This document shows positions 38,301 through 53,300 of a DNA stretch of 64,000 nt, one piece after another. The notes under the pieces were generated by a model, which was not told where the DNA came from, did no database searches, and worked only from the letters and a program-made list of their open reading frames with translations. The stretch's first letter is position 1; each line of letters begins with the position of its first letter. This DNA is from Styela clava. Lineage: Eukaryota. The stretch spans positions 19,344,001 to 19,408,000 of the forward strand of contig NC_135254.1 in NCBI RefSeq assembly GCF_964204865.1, given 5' to 3'. The position numbers and the translations under genes were made by a program.

Positions 38301-41300
38301 TGTGAGAGTACACACGAATGCTTGTGCATACTGTTTTAATACAAGATTGTCTGACACTCCCAGTTTCTCTTACATACTTATGTAAACAGATATGTTTAGA
38401 TATATTCAGATATTATATATGATGCAATGTCGCAATGACAATTTTATAATCTCATGTTATGTTGTACGTCCTGAACAGCATGAGCATATATAAGTAAATA
38501 TAAGCATATATATAAGTAAATACAAGGGCAATGAGGAGAATTGAAAATTTGAGTTTAATTTATTGGTTACAATACATTTGCTTGCCTATGTACTTTGTTT
38601 GTCATGTTTTCTGTAGCATACTACAAATTTTTTTTCTAACTTCTAATTATCCCCTTTTCATTTTTTTTCAATAGATGATAAAGATCAGAGTGAAGAAACA
38701 GATAATTCAAAGCCTGATAAAACACTGGAAACAATAACAGAAAATTCAACAACTCCAAACGGAGATCTAGATGCCAAAGTAATTCCTTGTTAATTCATAT
38801 TTATTCTTCGAGTGTTCATATAAGAATCGCACACATTATATATTCCATTTTACATCGCTTTATAATCATTTATTCCAAGCCAATATTTCTTTTAAATTTA
38901 CTGTTTTAATGCTAATGTACTAATAATTAAGTTGTATCTGTCTTATCGGTTTGTCAACATGTATATAGCATTTATGTATATACTTTGTGTATAAAAATTC
39001 TGTCCTATATTCCTATGTTACATATTTACCACTCATTTAGGGTTTGAGAAATTAGGTAAGAGTTTCTTCAGTCAGGGTCGTGTCAAACTTTTCTGCTGCT
39101 CGGGGTGAATTTCTAATAATGATGCCTAGCTTCAAAAATAATTTGTAATTTATTATTGTTTGAATCATCAAACAAGCTAGAAACTCATCCCTATAACATG
39201 CTGCTCCTATTATCCCTTCTATACAAGCCCCTGGGGCCAGTCTTTCTAAGCCAAAACCACCACCAAGTAGATAACAATATAGAGAAAATATGCAAATCAT
39301 TTTTTAATTTCAGAAATCACTGTCTCTTGATGGAAAACCGCCAATAGTTTCGAAAGACGATTCAACGCCAGTGTCGCAAAATTTATCAATATCACTACTT
39401 CAATCCATCGATTCAAAAACTCCACTAAGCACTCATCATCAATTACAACTGAGTCAACAAAAAATACAACAGGCTGAAAATCAGGCTCAAATGGCTGTAG
39501 CACAGGTTAAAAATTGTCAGAGTAGCTACCGGTAATTCAAAAAGCTGTAGAATTCCTGTAGGGATTGCCAAGACTGAATAATTGGATGTGATTCCATGAA
39601 TCAGTGAAAAGTAGATTTTATTCGTACCGTTTTAACTTCCCATCTTGAATCTTGATCTTAAAATTTGTTTGAAATTTGTGACGTTTTTCTCATTTTTTCT
39701 GTAATTTTTTCGGATAATGGACTAATTTTAAAGTTATTTTTTTATCGATTTAATATTGATTTTTTCAAGATTTTCTCTAAGTATATTTTTTATTCCAGGT
39801 GCAATTATTGAAAGATCAACTTCTAGCTGAAACAAGTGCTCGTATGGAAGCGCAGGTAATGCTTTAATTTTCTATCTATCAGTGTATTTTTGTTTATCTG
39901 ATGGAAATTATGATACCGCTTAAAACATGGAAAACTGAAATGAAAAAGCAGTAATTTTGATTATACTTCCTTTATCGAATAGCAAAAATATAAAATTTTA
40001 CTTAAACCAAATTTTTTTAACATCTCTTGGGAATATGCCTATGAAATTTTGCTACTTTTGTAATATAATTTAATGTGAAATTAAATCAGTTCTGCTCAGA
40101 GATAAATTTTGAATTTGCATATTTGAAGAATGCATCTTGGCAACACATGATATTTTTCTGCTTAAAAATTTGCATAAGCGTTAATTTTTTATGCAAATAT
40201 ATGGGAAGGAAAAAATTCTCAATGATATTAAAAATAAATTAGACATTTGAATAAATCTTTAAAATAGCAAAATAACTTCGCTGCTTCTGATATCTACTAA
40301 GTTGACGTGCGATTCGAAACAGCAACAACTCAGACATTTTTAAAATTTGCTGGTATTCGGATTTAACTCCGGATTTGTATCACCATAACTTGATTTACAA
40401 CTTAAGGACTTGTGTTGTACAGAACTGGTATTCTGATACTTGGGTCCAAAAATCACCTTCAAATTCAGTAGTCATCACAGTTGTTCAAATGTTTTGCAAT
40501 AGCCTTTGTTATTCCAAACAACTTTGTTGAAGGTCTCATTTACGTCTGTGTTTTGTATCCAAATGCGACCCTCAAGGAAATCTTGTGTGGCCCGCGGAGA
40601 AGCGACACTTTTGAGTGGTATGCAGCCTGCGCAACAAGTTTTCAATTTAATCTAGTATGTGCTAGTAATTCCGATTACTTTGCGTTGCAATGCCTAGATC
40701 TGAGCTTGTGCAAAGCGAACAACGCACATCACAAGATCAATAACCAAAATTTTTGTGTCTACAACTACCAGAAAGACTATGTTAAGTGAAGGAGCAGCCT
40801 GCGGTTATATCTAGTTATTTGTATCTGACCCTCGTGTTGCAGGTCCCTCATGGTTTAGTCTATTCAAATTTCATTTTCAAGGCTCGCAATCATCAACTTT
40901 TACTTCAAAATCGAGATCTCCTTCAACAAATGACAGAACTTGTCGCAAAACTTTCGGAAGTCGAAGCCAAACTAAACAATGTAGAAATGGAAGACTCATT
41001 CTCACTTGGACTAAGTAAAATAATAGTTGATGCTACAACACCTGCCAGTGGGACTGTTGATGCATCTGGTATCATGGATACTGATATGACAAAAGTAATT
41101 CTTTTTAATTTGCCTTTTTTTATTTTACAATCAGTGCGTTGGGATGGTCGTGAGTGTTTTTTTACAGATGGTTATGCACAGTGCATTTTTTTGTATACCT
41201 TTTGCTCTGAACAAGAGCACAAACTGTCTTATTGGCTATCTCATTCATTGCTATAATATGAAACTTTCGACATTACTTATATTAAATCAGAGTAATTTTG

Positions 41301-44300
41301 TGACAAAAAATAACAGAATTTATAAAATCGTGCTCTTATGGTTCTATTTATTTATTAATTTTTTTATGTATTATTGGAACAACCATGCATCTTAATCTAC
41401 AATTATAAAGTGGATGCGCCAACATACTGTTATTGAATCACAACAATACTGCAGGTTGTCCATAATCAAGATTATCAATTTCAAATTGGTTGAATATACA
41501 TGACTTCTACATGTTCTCTGTTAAATAAAACCTGATTTAGAATACAGGGGTTGTTCATAAAATCTGGTATTAAACTTTGTGAAAAAAAAATTTATGATCT
41601 TTGTGCAACTAATTATGGCCATATAAACGTGTATTTAACGAGGTAAAAAGAAAACACTCATCAAAATGAAACCAACCTGGATAAGATATATTGAAAACTG
41701 ACTTCGTAACAACATTTTGAGATTATAACTGGAATTTATGAACACCGATATAGCATATTGCAAACTATCATTTCAGACTGTAGTGAGAATAGTACATTAT
41801 ATAATATTGACCATCCAACCGATTTAATAATTCAAGTTAAACTCCACTCTGCGGCCATGCAAGTAGATAAATAATAGGATTTTCCAGACTGGCCCAACCT
41901 ACTCCTTCAAAACAACTAACTACTAACCTTATAGTGGATTTTGTTCAACAACTTTTTTTTCAGGTCAGTCCATTCATAGATACCAGCTTATTCGCAAATG
42001 CCAACACAAGTATGCGAACTCCTGATCTATCAAAACATTCAAATGGACTTGCAGCAGCAACCACAGATACTTCAACGTCTACTATCACTAAATCAAGTAC
42101 GGCAAGCGATTCAGTTCGACTTGAAGTCAAGCATAAACAAAGAGGAGTAAATGGCAATGATGGTAAGAGGTTGAAAGACATTATATTGTAGTAGAGGTTT
42201 TTGAAAGAATTTCATTGACGTTTGAAATATTACTGTGTTAAAGTTGGTTTCCAGGAATCTGTTTAAAATTATAGCTTATTGTATGAAATAATTCAACCAG
42301 AGCTGCAAAGTTGGAGCTTAGTATGTCTATACTAGATTCTGTGTTGAAATTTAAAATTCGTCGAATCATAATTTCAAACGTCTGATGGTGATAATCGAAG
42401 TCTTTAATTAAGAAACTCAAAAATCATTAAGCTGACACGAGCATTTTCAATTATTAAAAAAGGCTTGCATATGCTACATTTTTTTCTATAAAAATTTGGT
42501 TTTGCTAGTGTTCAGAGCTGAAGTCTAAACAGAATTTCCTTTAGCTGGAGCTCAACCTGTCTTACCTGAGATTGGTGTGAATATTTTAGATTTGCAGCCC
42601 TATGACCAAGAAAGACAATAAATGATAAATTTTCTTAGTTGGGTCAGCTTCATTATGTAAATTATTTTGGTATTTTGCTTTCACATAAACTTTCTTTGTC
42701 AGGATCTGGTAGTTCTAGTTCATCCTCTAGTGATGAAGATGAGGAAGATGGTGTAGGACCAATACTACATCTTGCTAGTGAATCTGGCACTTTAAAGAAT
42801 AAGGAAATTGAAAAAAGTATCGCGTCATTGGCAAACGGAAGTGCAATTGCTGACCAAACAGAGTAAGATTAATTTATAGTTGAAAGTGAAATTGAGTTAA
42901 ATTTTAGAGTAGTTCGGAAATCTTGGATTTAAATCCTGTGGCGATGTGTCACCCACCACTTCACCCAGGGTGTTCGGGCTAGCTAATGCTTAACCGAAAA
43001 GAATATGGCCTTTATTAAACATAGTATCTTCTAATTATCAGTGCCTGGTTTCCAAGCCGTTCTAACGTAAAGATGTAATATCTCTCATTTTTCTTATAAC
43101 AATGATTATTTCTGAATGGAGGAAGGAAATTTTTAGATTTTTGCCTAAAAAGTAGAAAACCAAACCATTATTAAGTGTTTGACTTCAAACTTATTTTGTA
43201 GCAAAATTATGATATATATTCATATATGCCAAATTTTATATTGTCCCTATAGATTTAGAGTAAAAACGACATTTTTATATATTTTCTATCATGATAAATA
43301 GCAATAATTTTGATTTTGTCTGAAACAGAATATTTGAAAATCTTTAATCAAAGGCTTATTGCATACTAATGTCAGCATCAGCCATTTTTTGTGTCGTCTT
43401 TTCAGTGTTCAAAATTTAAAATAAATCAGAATTGTCTGTCTAGAACTAATTGAGTGAATCAAAAGTATCTTTGTTATCTCAAGGGACTTTGTTGGAATTA
43501 CATTTTTAATTAGGTTATCGCATTGATTGTGATTAAAGAGTGATAAAGTAAGCCTTTATGTTCACAATGCATATTACATTATATTCAATTACAGGGCTTT
43601 TGAAATATGTCAGCACTAACTCTTTTATTATTTACATTATTATTTATTTTTATTATCTCCAAATTAATATTTCCAAATATGAAATATTCGAAGTATTCTA
43701 AATTAGGTGACTATCAACTAATGACATAAGAGGTCGATGCATATTGAATGAGTTTGAATTTGGAAGTGAGGAAAAGTTGCAATAAATAGTGATTTGATTG
43801 GTCTCCATTTTAACATTTTTCAGAAATTAAATTCTGGCCTTTTTGGTCATACTGGAAGACTTCTATCAAGGAAAAACTGTTCTAATTCACAAAAAATAGA
43901 ATATCAAATATAACCAATTTTCAAAACTATTGGAATATTCGATATATTCATTTTAGGCATCCTTGCCTGCTCTTGACTTTGCAGAGAAAATCATTTGGGT
44001 AGGCAATACCGAGCTGTGAAGATTCAGGTCTGTCCCAATAATAGTAGCCACATCACTTTATATATTATATTGTTAGATATCAGTGGCTTCTTGTATAGGG
44101 CTTTGTTCAGAGCAATAGGCTTGAATAAGCGCCATATACTAATATTGACGCGCCAGAATTGTGTGTACAAATATGGAGGTAACTAATTTCGTTCACCTAC
44201 TATAACTATCAATTTGGATAAGGGAAACCTATGGACATGGTCACATGGGGTATATTCACTTTGATGACAGTAACTCAAACAGGTCCTGAACTCGTAATAG

Positions 44301-47300
44301 AACTATAATAAGAAAATCGGAATAAAATTATGACCCAACTCTAACCTGGTAAACATACTATGGGAGTACCCAAAGATTAGGATAATACCTCAGCCATTTT
44401 AAAAATGGCAATTGTCTCTCTTATATACCTATTTGAACTGATGCCAAAGTATTGATTAAAATATTGTCACTGGGATCTTTTGGCCTGGTAATGTTGACCT
44501 TCCGATCTTCTACTGCTGTAAATTATTAATGTCTGTACCTGACGTAATGCAGGTGGTAGTCTTACCTGGCAGGCAGTTAATTTTAAATTTATTATAAAGT
44601 GAATTGGATCGATGCTCACTTGGTAAAATTTGAGGTGCTCCCGTAGTATGTGTACCAGGTTAGGTTGAGGCCATAATTTTATTCCAATTTTCCATATTTT
44701 TGTTCTATTACGAGTTCGTGAACTGTCTGTGTTAGTCAAGTGAATACACCCCCTGCCCATTGTAATCAGTCACTGTACACAACTTGATGTAAAGTAGGCA
44801 AACAAAATTTTTTTCCTCCATATAGGTACACATACTTCTGTAGCGCAAATTTGATATTACTAGATTATTTAAATTTTAAAACAGCGATTCCCAGCCTCCG
44901 TATTTAGACTAAGAAGATATATTTTTGGCTCTGAATAGAAATTTTACAAAGTTAAATTTTTTTTTTTTTTTTTTTTGGTTGTGTGTGTACTTGTGTTCGT
45001 TTGTTGCTATTTCTTTTAGATATTCCCCTGTTAGTGTTTTATGCATATACCGCATTTAGCCCAGAGGAAACTCAAAATTTATGTTCCATAATATGCAATT
45101 ACCTTTTCACTGCCTTTATCTATAAAGAATATTTATAATAACGCGAATCATTTATAAAAAGTTTGAGAGAGCATACAAATCATTTTTTTAAAATGATGTG
45201 GTATTATACTATCTGGATATAGCTTTACATTGTTCTACTTTATTTATATTCAAAAAATAAATTCAAAATTATTATTAACACCTGGGTATAGTTGATTTGG
45301 TTCTGTGGAAGATAAGAAACTGATAAAAAGCTAATGAGTAATTTGATTTTGAATTTTAAATTATTTTTCAACAGGCATTTCACCCTATAGCTCAATATGT
45401 ATCTCAATCATCTATTTTAATTGAAGCATACATTAGACCAGGGTTCCCCAAACTTTTTAGGCCGCGGTCCCCTGTTTGTAAATTTTATTTTTGACAGACC
45501 CCTAGGCCCTATCTTATGCCATATCAATTTTTATGCCTAACAATGGATATCGTCCGCCTTGATCAATCATAAAAGATTCAACTGCTTTTTAATTGAAATC
45601 AATCATTAAAGATTGATCTATCGTTGCACAACCCCTGTACAGTCATCATGGACCCACAGAGGTCTGCGTATCCCAGTTTAGGAAACCCTGCGAAACACTG
45701 TATGTCACTGCTCTATGCCATTGTCATTGATACTATGTCATTGATACTAATATTTTGTTCCAATTGTTATTGCTCAGTTTTTTTATATAACAGAAACACA
45801 TCAATCTGGACTTCTGGACTGGTCACTCCCGAGAGAGCACTGAGTGGTAAAGGATATCAACATCCTCAATCCACAACAATGAGTTTTGAAGATATCTCAA
45901 TATCAACTACTGTGAATGACTCAAATGCTAGGTGAGATTTCATCTTTAGGAATTTATGTTGGATGTATTAAAAAAAAAGACTGAAATAAGCACAACGTTA
46001 AGAAGATATACGAATTGTGTGTTCTTTAATATATGTATGTAAAATATACAGGGTGAGTCGAAAATTGGGGTGACAGTTAATAAATGAATTAGATAATTAT
46101 TAATAACTGTTGTCTGTTACCCTTCTTTTGGCGCACCCTGTTTATTAGGATAGGAAATACATATTTATCCCAGGGAAGTAGAAAGCCGATAAGACGACTC
46201 AATCATATGGCAACCACAGCCTTTTGTTCGGTTACCAGTCCATGTCGGGTATGAGATTAGTTGGCCAGTTATTTGTTTTCGGAATCATGGACTCAAAGGT
46301 GGGGGAAGCTGTAACCTACCAGTGGTTATATGAGCCACCCTACGGCGGCAAGGATTTCAGCAGTTCTCTTGCCCATGGCTATCTCCGCATGGCATTTGAA
46401 CCTGCAAACCTGCGCAGGGAAATCAGAGATGCGGCGGTGAGCGTATTTTTAACGATTAGCACTATGCGCCACACCGCCTAGACTTTCATAGACTTTTAAA
46501 TTGTAAGAATTTGGGGATTGAAAATATGGATACTTATGGGCTGTTCAACTCTTAATAATCTTTTAGCTTTGGAGTGGAATTTAGTCATCAAAATGAACTT
46601 TGTAATTGTTTCACAAATAGTAATCCAAAAACATGTTTTCAGCAATGGTTACACTTTGTCACCTATATTTACCGTTGGTTCAAGTGCCACAGAGGCTCAA
46701 AGCAGTTTCCAACATTTTTCTATTACCGAAGCTGACCTGTCTCTGAAAATTGATGATACACCGAAAAGTTCCATGAAGTTTTCTCAAATGAAGAAGTCTT
46801 TTTCCACCAGTGCAGACATGCAAGATAAGGTTATTTGTTTATTGACTTCTGTATTACATTTTATATTACATGCTCTGAACAATGCCTTATACTAGGGGTG
46901 GCCAACATGTCGATCGCCATGTCTCGAGTAGTCGATCGTATATGATTTTGAATAGACATAACGACATGTCTAAAAGGTATTTGTGTCCAACCAATATTAA
47001 AACATAAAATAAACCAGTCAAAACCCACACATTTTGTGTGTGCAATCTTGCGAGGGCTTTTTAAGTTCGAAGCTCTATTTCAACTAAGACCTATCTAGGA
47101 GCGGTATTGTCAAAAATTTCCGACACAATCCGTAACCGCAATATATGACAAATCCTATCCGGAAATCGTTTCAAACGTTTCATGGTTTCATTTATTGCCC
47201 AGTTATTATTAAATATTTAGTTTCACAAACTAGATTCTAAGGTAAACTTGATTTCAATCGAGGCGAGGTAGCAGTAGTATGGCTAACAGTATTAGTTTCA

Positions 47301-50300
47301 ATGTTTTGGTGGCTTGAAGAGAAAGCACATTTTGTCTTTGCAGTTGGAAATTTAATATCTATACATTTTTGTGTGTGACAATATTATCGATCAGTCGTTT
47401 GCAAGATATTTTGAAAAATTTTGACGATTCAGCCAAATACAGGTTGGTTCACCCCTGCTCTATACAAGTAATCACTGCTAGGTATAGTTATGAAGACCGG
47501 GATCTTTCCGATCGGCATTGCCTACCCAATTTATATAACTCTGCTTGAGGTGGTAGGCATGGGATTTGAACCTGAGATTTTAATTTATGAATCTGCAGAA
47601 TCTAGCCTCGTCCGGGTGCAAAACTCAATTCGGCCGAATGCAGAGATATCTATTTTGTGTCTGTAAAAATTGATTCTGAAAATTCTTAAACATCTAAAAT
47701 TTTGGAAAACCGAAGAATATGAAATAAAACAAATAATCACTTTAAAAGGCTTTTTAAGATCAGGGTTGAATTTTATCTGGTTGGTGTATTCCATGGAGAA
47801 AATTTCCAAGGAAGGAAATTTCTGAGGAAGGATTTTCCTGGTTCTGTCTGTGTTTATACACTTAATCTTTCGTCTTCAGCCATGATCATATAATCTTAAT
47901 TTGAAGATTTCAACTTATTGAGTGTTGCATTTCCAAGATTTTCAATTCTAATCAATTATAAAAAATTCTTATAGTTAACATTAAAAATCTCATTTATTAG
48001 GAAAAACTCCTTCCATCTACGTCTCATAGCAGTGCAGAACTGTCTTCACAACAACGAAAATCAAGCAGGAGTTTCATTAAGTGGACTAAAGTATCAGAAA
48101 AAGAAAGTCCATTGGAAGATTCATTTCAATCCCAATTGTAAGTTAATTATGAATGTTCAATATGTTGTTTAGAACTTTAGAATAATTTTTCATCAAGATT
48201 CAGGTTTTGTTCGAAAATAGTGATTGCTTAAGTGGGTGTTTATTTGTTGTTTTTGATTAAAAATATTTTGAAACTTATATTATAGGTCGCCGTTCTTTAT
48301 ATAATATAGATCTTGATAACTACCAAAGAAGTTTTGATATTTTATATAGAGCATGTTGCTCCAAACAAGGCCCTATACAGACAGCCAAGACAATATGGAA
48401 TGAGCAACTTTTTTTGGGAGCATCAGAATCTTTCAGGTTCAACATGGCAATTTATTATACCTTGGGTTTAGGTGGTGGACGTGGGATTTGAATCAGAGAT
48501 GTTAGCCTACGATGCCAAATTGCCAACACAGTCAAGTCTAACGCTTTAACCACTAGCGCCTAGTAATTTAATTCTGCTTTTATGCAATAACTTCATTCGA
48601 TTTTTCCAACATATTATATAAAAGGTATGTCCGAAAAAAAATTGAGTCTATTTTGACGATAATGTTTTAAAAAAATATTAGATAATATAAATTTCTATTT
48701 CTGTGTAGATATTGTTTAGTCCAAAACATTTGAAATTGAAATCAGTATCTGCTACCGCAAAATAACCCTTTAAATATAGACATCCCTAGAGACAATGCCA
48801 GATCCTTTTTTGTCCATAAAGTCCCTTGATAGTTAATATGCTACAGAACAATTGTTACACGATATATAATTTCTCTGGGGAATTCAACTTGACAAGACAA
48901 TGAAGTGTAGGATTTTATATTTGTCCTTTGGGAAAGAAAGGCATTAGAGATGGCCTAATCTTAATGCTTATTGGCTGGATTGGGGAATATTTAACTAGTT
49001 TCTGATGAATGAAATTGTAACTTGGCAATTTGTGATAAAACCAGTTTCACTGTCGCATAGTTTGTTTTTATCTTCCTAAATTGAAAAAAAAAAATTTATG
49101 AATATTATGCCAAAAAGATTCAAGAATCTCAAATCATTAGGATCAAACATTCCCTACCAAGTGTTCACAGACTAGATAGCATTGGATTTTATATATTTTA
49201 TTTCATATATATTTTTTTATATTTTCATATGCTGCTTATTTACACTTTTCACTCTCAGCAAGGTCCTATACAAGTAGCCACTGATATATATATAAGAAGC
49301 TGCTCTTTTTAGAAGAGCCGTATTCTGCCAAACCTGTTCGGCGATCTTAGTCTGATTTTCTTCATATTATATTTTAAATGCTTGGCTATTAATTGAACGT
49401 TCATAAAATGATATGCAACAATGCAAGCATAGCCTTGTAAACTTTCTTCATTTCTGAACTTTTTCAGCGAATCGGATCTTTCATTGCTAATACCATAGCA
49501 TGCGACCGACGCTTTGTGCAATATTTTTGTCAGGTAAAAACAGAGATTGAACTAATGGGTGTTGAATGAATAATGAATAAAAACCTCAGCAATTTATATT
49601 AATGATATTAACGATTAAATTCATAGTCATATTTACAATCATTGATTATTACAAGATTGGTCAATTTTAAATTCGAATTAAATTTTTTGCAATGATTTTA
49701 GCCAATGATCTGTAGTGAAAAAAAAAGTTGAGTTTTCTAACTTGATTTTTATTGAGTAATTTATTTTCTATTGACATTATACCAAATTTATTTAAAGTTT
49801 GATGTGCTCCACATTTTTATTTTACAGAAGGCTTACTTTTACTAATACAATACTATTTTTGATCACTTTTAATTGGGCACGTTTTTTGTATCATCATTAG
49901 GTGTGATATCTGTGGTGGTGACTAGTTGAGTAAAGTAGTAAACCTATTGGTCAGCTAAAGCAGGGTTCACCAAACTTTTTGTGATGCGGACCAATGTTCC
50001 CTCTAATATTTTGGAGTATGTGTGCGCAGAAATTTTGGTGTGTGCGCACTTTTTTGGAAATGACTAATATTTGTGCAAAAACCAATGAAGAAATTTTGGC
50101 GTTCTAACCGGGTAATAAGTGGGCCAACAACAAACTTTCTCAACCTGCCAACCGAGCACATTGTTACATTACATCAAAATACGTCTGTGCGCAGTAAATC
50201 TATACGTGTGCGCAACCTCTGAAAGCTGTGTACGCGTGCACACGCGCACACCTTAGAGTGAACACTGATGCGGACCCACGTTTGTGAATCTTGATTTTCA

Positions 50301-53300
50301 TGGCCCCCTTTTCTAATGCCGTACCAATTTCTGTGCCAAATTAACGAGGAAAGGTAATGTTTTATTTACAACATAAAAACACAAACTACATTAATGTGGA
50401 GGATGAGTTTGCTTTTCCCTACTCAATTTTCTGAACAATTTGTGATAAACGAACTCTTGGGTTCGACTCTGTGGCAAGTCTTGACCTGTGTTTTGTCATC
50501 ATATTGGTGTCAGAGTCAGAATTATTTTATTTGTCACTTCAATTAAAAAAAAAATCCAACAATAAACTGTATGTAATAAGTACAGTATCAAAATGACAGG
50601 TGTTGTGATTGTGAAGGATGGATAGCTCTGTCATCTAGTCTACAGCACCTTGGTGAGAGCTGAAAATGCTGCCTTACACATGTAGGTTGTTGCAAATGGC
50701 AATAACATTTTCTTTCTGACACTGACAGCAGCGATGGATATTCGTCCGCAGTGTTTAACCCAAAAATATGAAATGACTTTTTGATTGAAAACAATGATAA
50801 AAGATCAAGCAGACTCTCCGTATCGTTGCGAACCCCTATGCAGTTATCAAAGACCCTCTGTGCAATCATCACGAACCTCCAAGAGTCCGCAGACCCCAGT
50901 TTAGGAAACCCTGAGCTAGAGTGATATATTGTTTTTACTTTAATCTGTAGCAAACAATGGCTGTTGAATATAAGAGTGCATTTATTTGCAACATGTTATT
51001 TCTCCCAAACTAAAAAATCCATCTCATGAAATAACCTTAACCTGAATGCTTTTGAAAATTCAGCAAGAGCAATATACCGTATTTCCCGGCGATTAAGTCT
51101 ACCCGGTAAATAAGGCGAGGCCCGTTTTAGAGCCTGTAAAAATGGGACCTCAGTAAAATCGCATCAATATCGGAATCTCAAATTACCATACAACGGCTTC
51201 TAAGCGGCCACTACAATTGTGCAATGGTTAAAATACCATATTTTCAAAAAGTGATTTCACTATGAATTTTAGATAGGATGACTACTAATACCGTAGTTTG
51301 ATGATGGTATAATTTTTGGCAATATTAACTTCAACATCGAAAAGTAACTAACTTTTACCAATCAGTTTATATACGCATTTATATATAAACATTTACTGTT
51401 TGTTGAATATGAGTTGTCCATATCGACAAGTGGAATAATTGTACGTTGGACCAAATTTCCAAGAAACCATCAGATTTGGAGTAAAATATTAGGCTTCATG
51501 GAGTCTCGGAAAGTTCGAAAAATGGAAAAGTGATGGCTTGCAGAGAATAAACGCTCTTCATCAATTTCTTCTGTAAATGAAAAAGTTCAAGAGTTTGGTA
51601 ATTTAGGAGAAAGGCAATTCTCTGTATCGCCCAACAGCAAATAACTAGAAAGATTTAGTTCCATGAATCATAGATCTCCTTCAATAACAATGATTTTAAA
51701 ATTTTCTAATTTTGTGAGATTAAAATATAATTATTAATCATTGCTATTTAAATAAAAATTTTAAAAATCAAAAATATAAATTTTTTTATAATTTGTTAAT
51801 CTCGATTATTTGCATTAAAAATTAAAAGATTAAAATGTGCATAAATGAATGTAATAAATAAATGATTGGCATATGGCATCAAATTGCAGAACTATATCTA
51901 TCTCACTGTTTGTGCCATTATGCAAATAGGTATTCTCTGATTGATAATCGACTCGACTACTAACTATGAAAAAAGAAAGTTTTGTGTTTGGGGTATGATC
52001 GTTTGTATTTTTATATAGGTGTGACAATGGTTTTATTTTTGTCAATTACGGTATATATGATTTTAAGAAATTTTGATAAATTAAAAAAAATACTGCAATA
52101 TATAAACTATTTGTTATCTAAATACATTAATATGTTTGTTGATGAGTAGAATATGTCAGATGATTCTGTTGAAAATATTGCATTTTTCTTTGTAATGTAA
52201 AACATTTTATTAATAATTGAATTTATGTGATTAATCATTTTTGTCTACTTCACTACTAAATATAGTTCTGTTTGGAATTAAGCAGAGGACTATTTCTTCA
52301 AAATATTAATTCATTTATTACAAAATGTTTTATCGAATTTGCTATAGTTTGATAGTTTTTCTATTGCATCATTTTTTCGTGCTAATACCATATTATTATT
52401 TACTTATAAAATGATCGTTTACATCAGAATCTTATGAGAATCTTCATATTTTCAGGCCGGATTCTAGCAACCAATCATCTGATTCTGTTTTGACGCCTCG
52501 ACTCGATCCACCACCAAGAGTAAAACGTGCCACATCCAGTAGAGCACTTCCAGATTACCGACCTCGACCTGATACTCAGTTGAGTGATGGTGCAGCCAGC
52601 CCTTCACATAGCTCTACTAGGACTATTACAAGCCCAAAATTAGTCGACACCAGTGATTCCGATTTAGAAGTACCGTCAAAGCTAGCGAAATATCAAGCTC
52701 AAGGAGTAAAGCTTTCACAAAGCACTCATAATTATGGAAGCGATCCACTGTTATCACGTTTTGATCCACTGCTTTCAAAGTCAAAATCTTTTGATCACCA
52801 ATCTCCGACACCTGTTCCTAAAGTATCTTCGGAATCATTTACTACAGTGTTATCTCCGGTACAAGATGTTGGACAGCAGAATCCGTTTTTGTATATAACC
52901 CCTCAAACTCCAGAAAGTTCGAAGTATTGTAAACCTGTAAATCCAGAAGAACTTTCAAGGTCTTACTCTGATTTGGAACAGTCTTCTACGCTATACGTTT
53001 CGGGGATTTTTAGTTCCCCGGAAGAATATGAAGCCAGATTACGCTACGAACCTTTGCGCAAACAACAAGCAGCAGAGTGGCACCGGTCCGCAGAAAACAC
53101 AGAAACTCGCCTTAATTCTAGTTTCCATGCTGGTGACCAGAGTTCCAATGCTTCTAATAAAAAACAAATTCACAATGATGCTGGAGGACCGTTACCAGTA
53201 TATCGCACATATAGTGATTTGACATCATCTTTAACTCCGATTAAAAATATCCCTAAACCCACTGACAATACCAGTCTCAAGACTATAGGATCATATAATT

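Noticed and set aside
39197-39270. Proline-rich stretch [23 protein letters not shown] as an extra NOS1AP exon or U12 intron
   Set aside because: There is no in-phase AG acceptor or U12 donor, and exons 7 and 8 already join in phase 0.
46380-46478. tRNA gene
   Set aside because: The A/B boxes are part of a multi-copy ~330-bp SINE with an over-long spacer and no complete cloverleaf. ORFs 46224 and 59785 are SINE-derived.
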